Assembly: GCA_023247725.1 (NCBI GenBank)
Contig: JAHFFW010000012.1
Coordinates: 1,833-65,832 of the forward strand
From: Candidatus Omnitrophota bacterium
GTDB taxonomy: Bacteria > Omnitrophota > Gorgyraeia > Zapsychrales > JAHFFX01
Length of the DNA: 64,000 nt
Direction of reading: 5' to 3'
Below, one piece after another: positions 9,547-17,430 of this stretch (the first letter of the stretch is position 1; each line of letters opens with the position of its first letter). A program made the position numbers and the translations under genes. Below the pieces are notes generated by a model. It did not search any database. It worked only from the letters and a program-made list of their open reading frames with translations, and had not been told where the DNA came from.

Positions 9547-10472
9547 CTCCAGCCATCGCCATCGATGTGCGAGAATTAACCCGGCGCTTTGGACCATTGA
9601 CCGCCGTCGATGGGGTAAGTTTCCAAATTGCCTACGGAGAAATCTTCGGTTTTCTCGGGGCCAACGGCTCGGGCAAAAGCACCACGCTGCGCATGCTTTG
9701 TGGAATCCTCGCTTCGACCAGTGGCCGCGCCACCGTCGGTGGATTCGACATCAATACTCAATCAGAACAAGTCAAAGCCGCCATCGGCTATGTGTCCCAG
9801 CGATTCAGCCTTTACAGCGACTTGACCGTGCAAGAAAATTTGCGTTTTTTTGGGAGGATTTACGATTTGGCAGGCAAGGTTCTTGAGAATCGGATTGAAG
9901 CCGTTTTGGCCATAACGGGTTTAAAACCGTTTCGCCAAAAGTTGGCCGGGATTCTTTCCGGAGGATGGAAACAAAAACTCGCCCTGGCCAATGCGATCTT
10001 GCATGAGCCCAAGATCCTTTTTCTGGATGAAGCCACCGCTGGCATTGATCCTTTATCCCGTCGGGCGATGTGGGAAGTGCTGTATGAACTCGCCGCTCAG
10101 GGGGTCGCGCTTTTTGTCACGACCCATTATATGGAAGAAGCCGAACGCTGCCATCAGATCGCCTTTATTAGTTCAGGAAAAATTCTCAAGATCGGTTCGC
10201 CTTCCGAATTGAAAAGAACAGTCAGCGGCCAATTGTTGCAGGTCCAATGCCAGCCGCTCATGAAAGCGTCACATCTCTTTGAAAAATTGCCCGGCGTCTT
10301 GAGTGTGACGGCTTATGGCACGGCCTTGCATTTGAACACACAGGATCCCGTCGCCGTAAAGAATCGGGTCGAAGCCACGGCCAAGGCCAACGCCATCCAT
10401 ATCGAATCCCTGCAGCCCATCTCTGCTTCCCTGGAAGATGTCTTCGCCACCCTTGAAGTCGATCGATCATGA
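9543..10472 (+). CDS. ABC transporter ATP-binding protein.
   Basis: Walker A GANGSGKST, signature LSGGWKQKL, Walker B ILFLDEAT. The ATG at 9543 overlaps the HlyD stop (ATGA), so the listed 9273 start is rejected. Confidence 0.85.
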   Translation: MTPAIAIDVRELTRRFGPLTAVDGVSFQIAYGEIFGFLGANGSGKSTTLRMLCGILASTSGRATVGGFDINTQSEQVKAAIGYVSQRFSLYSDLTVQENLRFFGRIYDLAGKVLENRIEAVLAITGLKPFRQKLAGILSGGWKQKLALANAILHEPKILFLDEATAGIDPLSRRAMWEVLYELAAQGVALFVTTHYMEEAERCHQIAFISSGKILKIGSPSELKRTVSGQLLQVQCQPLMKASHLFEKLPGVLSVTAYGTALHLNTQDPVAVKNRVEATAKANAIHIESLQPISASLEDVFATLEVDRS

Positions 10473-11572
10473 AAAATATCAAGGCCATTGCCACCAAAGA
10501 GATGATCCATATCCTCCGCGACCGTCGGACGGTCTTGATGGTTGTCCTCATGCCGTTTATTCAATTGATGATTTACGGCTATGCGATCAACATGGATGTC
10601 AAACACCTGGCGACGGTCATCCGCGATGAGGACCGGACTTATTTAAGCCGGCGATTGATTGCGGCCTTTGAGCAGTCAGGGTATTTTGATGTGATCAAAA
10701 GGGTTGATTCGCATCGAGAACTTTATGAGGCCATTGATCGCGGCAAGGCCAAGGCGGGATTGCTCATTCCCCCGGATTTTACCAAAGACGTACTGGCGCA
10801 GCGTGGCGCTAAGATTCAGTTGCTCATCGACGGAACCGATTCGACTCCGGCCAACGTGGCGTTGAATTCCAGCCAGGCCATTGTGGCCAATTTTATGCAA
10901 AGAGAACGTCTGATTCCCGTCAGCATCCTGCCGATTGATTTTCGTCCGCGATTGTGGTACAACCCGGACTTAAAAAGTTCCTTTTTTATGGTCCCCGGAT
11001 TAATCGGGCTTTTGTTACAGATGCTCATCCCGATGGTCACGGCGACCGCCATCGTCCGGGAAAAAGAACGAGGGAACATCGAACAGCTTTTAGTGACTCC
11101 GATCAAGCCTTTTGAACTCATGCTGGGTAAAATCATTCCGTATATTTTTATCGGGATGTTCATTGCCCTTTCGGTTTTAGCCACCGCGCAAATCTTATTT
11201 CATATCCCCATCCGGGGAAATCCTTTGACCCTTTTGGGCCTGACCTTTCTTTTTTTGACCGTGTGTTTAGGGATAGGGTTATTGGCCTCGAGCGTGGCGG
11301 ACAATCAGCAGCAGGCCATGCAAATGATCATGTTTTTTATTGCCCCGTCCATCCTTTTGTCCGGATTCATTTTTCCCAGAGAAACCATGCCGCAGGTTGT
11401 TTATGGCCTGAGTTTTTTTATTCCTTTGACCTATTTTGTCATTATCGTCCGGGGGATTGTTTTAAAAGGACTGGGCTTGTTTGACCTCTGGGATCAGGTG
11501 ATTCCACTGGCCCTTTTGGCGGTCTTGATTTTGGGTTTAAGCATTTCGCGATTTCACAAGCGGTTGAGCTGA
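10469..11572 (+). CDS. ABC-2 type transporter permease.
   Basis: Periplasmic loop after TM1 and six C-terminal TM helices. Coupled to the ATPase gene. Confidence 0.8.
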   Translation: MKNIKAIATKEMIHILRDRRTVLMVVLMPFIQLMIYGYAINMDVKHLATVIRDEDRTYLSRRLIAAFEQSGYFDVIKRVDSHRELYEAIDRGKAKAGLLIPPDFTKDVLAQRGAKIQLLIDGTDSTPANVALNSSQAIVANFMQRERLIPVSILPIDFRPRLWYNPDLKSSFFMVPGLIGLLLQMLIPMVTATAIVREKERGNIEQLLVTPIKPFELMLGKIIPYIFIGMFIALSVLATAQILFHIPIRGNPLTLLGLTFLFLTVCLGIGLLASSVADNQQQAMQMIMFFIAPSILLSGFIFPRETMPQVVYGLSFFIPLTYFVIIVRGIVLKGLGLFDLWDQVIPLALLAVLILGLSISRFHKRLS

Positions 11573-11704
11573 TAGAATATCACTTGCGCTTTGCCAGGAG
11601 CTGTTTTAATATGGCTATTATTTTTGGTCCAATGGAAACCTCAGAGAAAAGGCACGGGAATTTAAGGGACAGATTGTTTTAGACAACCACAAAGGAGAAG
11701 GCTC

Positions 11705-12187
11705 ATGAAAAAGTGCACAATGATGATTTTGACAGCGATCCTGATGACGGGCATGGGGGTCGGCATTGTTACAGTAGCCGATGAGACCACGGCGTCCGCC
11801 GTGAATGCCACGGTCATGACGCCTCCGGCCGGGACAGCCGATGAAATGACCGGCATCCTCGCCGCGGCGGAAGAGTGGCTCAAGTTGGTTGATGACGGCA
11901 AATTCACGGCAGCTTGGGATGCCTCCGCCGATCTTATGAAAACTTTAACCGCGGCTGCGGATTGGGAGAAGGCCATTGTTCCGGTCAAACAAGTCTTTGG
12001 CAAGGTCAAAAGCCGTAAGTTAAATTCTCAACAGAAAATGACGAGTTTACCCAGTGCCCCGGACGGAGAGTACATGATCCTTATTTATGAAACCTCCTTC
12101 GAAAATAAGCAAAATTCCATTGAAACGCTCACCCTCATGAAGGAAAAAAGCGGTCATTGGAAAGTGGCCGGATATTTCATCCGGTAA
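11705..12187 (+). CDS. Secreted DUF4019-like protein.
   Basis: Signal peptide. C-terminal HWKVAGYFI motif. Confidence 0.45.
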   Translation: MKKCTMMILTAILMTGMGVGIVTVADETTASAVNATVMTPPAGTADEMTGILAAAEEWLKLVDDGKFTAAWDASADLMKTLTAAADWEKAIVPVKQVFGKVKSRKLNSQQKMTSLPSAPDGEYMILIYETSFENKQNSIETLTLMKEKSGHWKVAGYFIR

Positions 12188-12220
12188 AAATTAATCAATA
12201 TTTCTTGAGTGGGATGGAAA

Positions 12221-12262
12221 GTCGGGGGCGGCCCGCCGCAAATGAATCGTAGGCGGGCCGCC
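12221..12262 (+). terminator. Rho-independent-like hairpin.
   Basis: GGGGGCGGCCCGCC...GGCGGGCCGCCCC followed by a T-rich stretch. Confidence 0.5.
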
Positions 12263-12362
12263 CCGCTCTTTATCTTCAGATTCACTTCTCCCCACCTCGT
12301 AAGTGGGCGTGGTGAGGGTATTTCATGGCCTTAAGAGGATTTTGCAATCCTCATCTTAATAC

Positions 12363-12956
12363 ATGAAAAAAATTTCCGAACAGGCCTTATATCGCGGCCA
12401 ATGGCTGGATCTTTATGAACTCACCTACAGAGATGAGAAAACTGGAACTTTGCTAAAATGGGAGACCGTGCGTCGTAAAAAATCTGCTCCCTGCGGCGTC
12501 GTTGTGATCGCGAAACTCATTCCTTCCCAGCGCTTCATCCTCATCCGGCAATTCCGTCCAGCCATTGAGGGCTTTATTGTGAGTTTCCCGGCCGGACTGG
12601 CCAATGGGGATCCGCAGCACGCCCTCGTCGAACTCAAAGAGGAAACCGGCTATACCGGTCGGGTGGTATCGGCGAGTCCGCCTTTGAAGGTGGGCTCGAG
12701 CATCATCGATGATTCCGGCCGCATCATTTATGTCGAAGTCGACGAACATGATCCAGCCAATAGCCATCCGCAACAACAGCTGGAACCCGGTGAGGTCATC
12801 GAAGTTTTGCTCCTTCGTCCTTCTGAGGGGAGAGAGTTCCTTGAAAGCGAATATCAGAAGGGGATTTATATTAGTTCCAACCTTTGGTATCTTTTTATCT
12901 CGTCCGAAGAGGTTGGAAAAAATCAACAAGGTTTAAAATTTCTCCGTCAAGGATAA
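12363..12956 (+). CDS. NUDIX hydrolase (ADP-ribose pyrophosphatase-like) with a degenerate Nudix box.
   Basis: The IRQFRPA...FPAGLANGDPQHALVELKEETGY pattern resembles NudF. The box reads ...VELKEETGY instead of the canonical REUxEE. Confidence 0.55.
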   Translation: MKKISEQALYRGQWLDLYELTYRDEKTGTLLKWETVRRKKSAPCGVVVIAKLIPSQRFILIRQFRPAIEGFIVSFPAGLANGDPQHALVELKEETGYTGRVVSASPPLKVGSSIIDDSGRIIYVEVDEHDPANSHPQQQLEPGEVIEVLLLRPSEGREFLESEYQKGIYISSNLWYLFISSEEVGKNQQGLKFLRQG

Positions 12957-12960
12957 CGGC

Positions 12961-14205
12961 TTGAACAAACCTCCCGGGTTTATCAAAAACTACGGATTCT
13001 CCATCGTGCTTGTCCTTTCGATCCTCGCAGGTTCCTGCCTAGGGGTCGTTTTAAAAGAAAACGCCCGAATTCTCAAACCCTTCGGCGATATCTTCTTGAA
13101 TCTTCTCTTCACCATTGTCGTTCCTTTGGTTTTCTTTTCGATCTCCTCGGCGGTGGCTGGAATGACGACCGGTCAGCGCTTAAAAGCCATTATGGTTTGG
13201 ATGCTGATCGTCTTTTCCTGCACGGGGGCCATCGCCTCCCTATTTATGGTCTTGGTGGTCAGGCTTTTTCCTCCGGCCTTAGGAACCTCGATTCATCTTC
13301 CAACCGTGGTGCCTTCGAGTCAACCTTCGGTCCTGGAACAAATCGTCAAGGCCGTGAGCGTCACGGATTTTGCCGAGCTCATGTCCAAGAAAAATATGCT
13401 GGCCTTGATCGTCTTCTCTGTGTTCGTGGGGTTAGCTGCTTCAGCGTCCGGCCCGAAGGCCAGGGCCTTCCGGGATTTTCTCGCCGCCGGTCACGAGGTC
13501 ATGGGCAAGGTCGTTTCTTACGTCATGTTCTATGCGCCTATTGGGCTGGGGGCATATTTTGCGTACCTCGTGGGGACACTGGGCAGCCAACTCGTGGGTT
13601 CCTACATGAGGGTCATGGTGCTCTATTACCCAACGGCATTAATCTATTTCGGCGTTGGTTTTTCCTTTTATTCCTGGCTTTCCGCCGGAGTTGAAGGGGT
13701 GAAGAAATTCTGGAGCAGCATCATTCCCGCCGCTTTAACCGCTTGGGCGACCGGCAGCAGTGTCGCGACCATCCCGACCAATTTGGCGGCGGCCAAACGG
13801 ATCGGCATCCCCGAAGATATTCGCGAGGTGATTATTCCCGTGGGAGCCACGATTCATATGGAGGGATCGTGCCTGGCCGCGATTGTCAAAATTGCATTTT
13901 TGTTTGGTCTTATGGGAATGAATTTTTCCGGCACGGGCACACTGTGTTCTGCCGTCGGCATTGCCTTATTGTGCGGGGTCGTCATGAGTGGAATTCCGAG
14001 CGGTGGGTTCCTGGGCGAAATGCTCATCGTGACTCTTTATGGTTTCCCCATCGAGGCTTTGCCCATCATCTCAATGATCGGCACACTGGTTGATCCGCCG
14101 GCGACCATGGTTAATGCAACTGGAGATACGGTCGCGGGCATGCTGGTCGCCAGAAAATTGGATGGGCCTGGATGGGACAAGGGAGATATTCCGGACGGAG
14201 GTTAA
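12961..14205 (+). CDS. Dicarboxylate/amino acid:cation symporter (DAACS/GltP family).
   Basis: TTG start. Multi-TM protein with SGGFLGEMLIV and IISMIGTLVDPPATMVNATGD motifs. Confidence 0.75.
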   Translation: MNKPPGFIKNYGFSIVLVLSILAGSCLGVVLKENARILKPFGDIFLNLLFTIVVPLVFFSISSAVAGMTTGQRLKAIMVWMLIVFSCTGAIASLFMVLVVRLFPPALGTSIHLPTVVPSSQPSVLEQIVKAVSVTDFAELMSKKNMLALIVFSVFVGLAASASGPKARAFRDFLAAGHEVMGKVVSYVMFYAPIGLGAYFAYLVGTLGSQLVGSYMRVMVLYYPTALIYFGVGFSFYSWLSAGVEGVKKFWSSIIPAALTAWATGSSVATIPTNLAAAKRIGIPEDIREVIIPVGATIHMEGSCLAAIVKIAFLFGLMGMNFSGTGTLCSAVGIALLCGVVMSGIPSGGFLGEMLIVTLYGFPIEALPIISMIGTLVDPPATMVNATGDTVAGMLVARKLDGPGWDKGDIPDGG

Positions 14206-14270
14206 TCCGCAGAAGTTCAGTGTTAAGTGTTAAGTGCCCACTGGTCGTCTTAACACTTGAAACTTAACAC

Positions 14271-14379
14271 TACTGACTTCCGTATAAATAATACAATATT
14301 TACGGAAGCAGTACTGCCAACGCAGGCAATAACTTATGACTATAAGACGAGTACCATTACTTATGCGTTGGTCAGTAAT
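14271..14379 (-). mobile_element. MITE-like ~110-bp repeat, copy A. It is the inverted homologue of 33311-33421.
   Basis: My hand alignment of the reverse complement against 33311-33421 gives about 86% identity. Both copies share the core GGCAGTACTGCTTCCGTAAAT and the terminal inverted repeat ATTACTGAC/GTCAGTA(AT). Confidence 0.6.
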
Positions 14380-14415
14380 TTCGCGCCGGAAAGGCAAGCC
14401 CGTGGGGTTCCATTG

Positions 14416-15150
14416 ATGCAGAGGCCCAGAAATTTAAACTTTGGCTGGATTTTTTTAAGCTGCATTTTTGTGAGCGGTCTTTTTGTTCCGCTCTTACCGG
14501 CAGAATCTTTTTCGATTCCGCCCATATTGAAAACACTGCCGGATTCTATCCAACAAGTTATTCTTGTTAAGCCATTTCCTTCCCGTGCGGCCTACGCAGA
14601 ACTTTCGGCATGGGAAAAATCCGAAGATGATTCGTGGAGACAAGTGGTCGCCCCTGGCTATGCCATGATTGGCCGTCGAGGTTTTGCCCCTCTGGGACAG
14701 AAAAAGGAAGGGGATGGTTGTACACCGTCGGGAATCTTCCGGCTGAAGCTGGCCTTTGGAGATGTTCCTTTGGTTGAGACCAAATTGCTTTATCGTCAGG
14801 CCACCGACGAAGATTATTGGGTCGATGATCCTGCCTCTGAACAGTACAACCAATGGATCACCGGCCAGCCTCAAGCTGCCAGCTTTGAAAAACTCAAACG
14901 CCATGACATCTTGTACCGGTATGCCGTGGTCATCGAATACAATACAAACCCAGTTGTTCCCGGTCGAGGCAGCGCCATATTCCTGCATGTCTGGCGGGCC
15001 TTGGGAAAATCTACCTCTGGATGCGTCGCCGTCAGCGAAGAAACCATGATTGAACTCTTGCGCTGGCTGGATCGCGCCAAGACGCCGGTCATCATCCTGG
15101 GTGATGTCAAAAGTTATCGCGATGCAACGTTGCCTGCAGCAGAACGCTAA
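14416..15150 (+). CDS. L,D-transpeptidase (YkuD/ErfK family).
   Basis: Catalytic HxnS/TxGC signature: GSAIFLHVW...STSGCVAVS. ATG at 14416 with a signal-like N-terminus. Confidence 0.7.
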   Translation: MQRPRNLNFGWIFLSCIFVSGLFVPLLPAESFSIPPILKTLPDSIQQVILVKPFPSRAAYAELSAWEKSEDDSWRQVVAPGYAMIGRRGFAPLGQKKEGDGCTPSGIFRLKLAFGDVPLVETKLLYRQATDEDYWVDDPASEQYNQWITGQPQAASFEKLKRHDILYRYAVVIEYNTNPVVPGRGSAIFLHVWRALGKSTSGCVAVSEETMIELLRWLDRAKTPVIILGDVKSYRDATLPAAER

Positions 15151-15478
15151 TCTGTTCTTTGACAATATGGTGGTATAATTTCGCTATGCCTAAGCGATCA
15201 AGCAAAGATGAAAATGCCATTGCTTCATCAATTTTTAGCCAGCTCACGCAGTCTGCGCAGGAAGAGCCTACCAAAATCTTACCGCTGTAGCTTTGGGACG
15301 TCTTGGGGATTTAAGTGGCAGAAAGGCTCGGGAAAAACATTGTCTGAAAAACGTCGTTGGAAAATAGCTAGAAAAGCGGCTATGAGGCGATGAGTGAAGA
15401 AAATTGATTCTCAAGAAAAGTTATGCTACCATTGACACCTCTTTTCTGCATGATAAACTTTAACTAAAGAATACAATA

Positions 15479-15889
15479 TTGACAAACGCTCATTCATTCA
15501 AAATCTATTGGCCACCGTTAGAACGTGAAATTGATATACGGGTAGAGTATGAGTATTATGATTTTCTAAAGATTCATTGGCCTCATGATTTTGCAAATCT
15601 CATTACAGCCTACAAAGTTTTAGAAAAGCCTAACCGTATATTTTTCGGACTAAATAGATCACACAGCGATAGCACTAAGAAATATTGTGTAATCGGAAAA
15701 CCAGATCATTGGTACGTAGGAGAATCAAACAGCGAAGTGCCTTTTCCTCCTAAATGTGTTTTTGAAGTTTTTTTAGATGAGCGGCATAGTATTTTTGAGT
15801 TTGGCGTAGAAGAAGCAGATACCGAAGATCAACTATGTTCAGTTGGATGGCGCGAAAGATTCGGGGAGCTAATATGGAAAATTTCTTAA
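15479..15889 (+). CDS. Hypothetical protein, first gene of the AT-rich islet.
   Basis: 136-aa ORF with a TTG start and ordinary amino-acid composition. Local GC content is markedly lower than the flanking DNA. No domain recognised. Confidence 0.4.
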   Translation: MTNAHSFKIYWPPLEREIDIRVEYEYYDFLKIHWPHDFANLITAYKVLEKPNRIFFGLNRSHSDSTKKYCVIGKPDHWYVGESNSEVPFPPKCVFEVFLDERHSIFEFGVEEADTEDQLCSVGWRERFGELIWKIS

Positions 15890-16293
15890 AAAAAGTAATG
15901 GCCGATATGAAATCAAAGGAATTTGGTTCGGGGAAGGATACTGCTAAAATTTGGTATAATTCCGTCGGTGATTGCATTCAATTTAAGACCGATCATGTTC
16001 CCTCGATGCGTAAAAGGATTGATGAATACTTGACTCTGTATCTCACATTAGAAGATCAAAAACCTATTGGATTCCAATTGAAAGATGTCCATGCTCTAAT
16101 TAATAAGTATGAGATTGACCTTTTTGCGGTCCAAGCAGAATATACGCCTGCTGATAAAAAATTGATTTCAATTACTACATTAATTTTAAAAGCATTTTCA
16201 AAGATGCCGGCTAATCCAAATCGAATTTCTGGCTATACGGACGCTTTCAATACAATAGTCAAGGATGAAGATAAGGTAGAAATCCCTGTGTAA
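15874..16293 (+). CDS. Hypothetical protein, second gene of the AT-rich islet; overlaps the first gene by 16 nt.
   Basis: ATG at 15874 (MENFLKK). Followed by a strong terminator. No domain recognised. Confidence 0.4.
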   Translation: MENFLKKVMADMKSKEFGSGKDTAKIWYNSVGDCIQFKTDHVPSMRKRIDEYLTLYLTLEDQKPIGFQLKDVHALINKYEIDLFAVQAEYTPADKKLISITTLILKAFSKMPANPNRISGYTDAFNTIVKDEDKVEIPV

Positions 16294-16317
16294 GAGAATC
16301 AATTCCTCATTTTTGAA

Positions 16318-16346
16318 GAGCCGACCTTCTTAGGGTCGGCTTTTTA
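16318..16346 (+). terminator. Rho-independent terminator.
   Basis: AGCCGACC-ttcttag-GGTCGGCT followed by TTTTATTT. Confidence 0.7.
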
Positions 16347-16423
16347 TTTGCCTTAACAATTCTTGAGCGGTCAAGTATACTTGCGCTATTGTTATTCGTG
16401 ACCATTGTTTGCGAGGGATCCTT

Positions 16424-17227
16424 ATGGGTCGCAAATCGCTCAAACTCTTTTTTATCTATGCCTTGGGTCTCTTCATGGTCTTCCTGCACAATGGATCGAC
16501 CTTGGCGGATATTTCATCGCAGAAGCCGGCGCAACAGTTTTATGATCAGGCTGTCCTTGCCAGGGAGAATGGCGACTTGCAAAAGGCAAGGGAGGCCTGC
16601 CAAAAAATTTTGACCGATTATCCGGATTATGAATTCCTGCCGGCCGTCAGAAAACAACTGCAAGAGATTCTCTTGGCCCTCATTGTGTCCGATCAGAATT
16701 CTCCCGAAACCTTGGAGTATATCGTGCAACCAGGAGATACCTTGGGTTCGATTGCCCGAGCCAAAAAGACGACGCTGGAATTGCTTAAAGGGCGCAATCA
16801 TTTGACGAGCGATACGATTCGTCCAGGACAAAGACTTTCGTTGTGGAATTCTCCATTCGAAATTTTGATCGATAAAACGCACAACACCCTTCAATTAAAA
16901 ACCGCGAATCAAATCGTCAAAACGTATCCCGTTGCGACGGGCAAACAACAGACAACGACTCCGTTGGGAGAATTCACCATTCAACACCGATATCCAAACC
17001 CTGTGTGGTTTCATCATGGCGAGATCGTGCCGCCGGGAAGTCCGGAAAATTTCTTGGGGACCCGCTGGCTGGGATTTAATAAACCGAAATATGGAATCCA
17101 TGGGACCATTCAACCAGAATTGATCGGTCAATCGGTCTCCGGCGGTTGCGTGCGCATGCGCAATGAAGATGTCGAAGAGCTTTATGATCTGGTGCCGGTC
17201 GGGACGAAGGTGACGATTGTGGAATAA
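16424..17227 (+). CDS. LysM domain-containing L,D-transpeptidase (YkuD family).
   Basis: LysM motif YIVQPGDTLGSIA. YkuD catalytic motif YGIHGT...SGGCVRM. GAGGGA RBS ahead of the ATG at 16424. Confidence 0.75.
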   Translation: MGRKSLKLFFIYALGLFMVFLHNGSTLADISSQKPAQQFYDQAVLARENGDLQKAREACQKILTDYPDYEFLPAVRKQLQEILLALIVSDQNSPETLEYIVQPGDTLGSIARAKKTTLELLKGRNHLTSDTIRPGQRLSLWNSPFEILIDKTHNTLQLKTANQIVKTYPVATGKQQTTTPLGEFTIQHRYPNPVWFHHGEIVPPGSPENFLGTRWLGFNKPKYGIHGTIQPELIGQSVSGGCVRMRNEDVEELYDLVPVGTKVTIVE

Positions 17228-17248
17228 GGATACGCGCAAACCCGCGGC

Positions 17249-17291
17249 GGCTTTTGGGCCAGAGGCCCAAAAGCCGCCGGCGCTTCTTCAG
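17249..17291 (+). terminator. Hairpin terminator.
   Basis: GCGGCGGCTTTTGGGCC-aga-GGCCCAAAAGCCGCCG. Confidence 0.55.
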
Positions 17292-17430
17292 GCCTTCGAA
17301 TTTACGAAATTAGCCATTGCAATTTTTTCGCGCCAGCGATAAACTCTTTTCAAGTCTTTTGGGTTGGTGAAGGGCGGGGTGAACCTTTGCGGTTTACCCC
17401 GTCACTGTTTTAAAGAATTCCATCTGCATC

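Noticed and set aside
9287-9886. 199-aa Arg-rich ORF.
   Set aside because: Alternative frame inside the hlyD and ABC ATPase genes, with low-complexity basic composition; spurious.
15186-15393. Small ORFs (34 aa and 61 aa) in the leader of the AT-rich islet.
   Set aside because: They are too short, overlap each other in different frames, and have no RBS. The region is kept as a putative promoter/leader instead.
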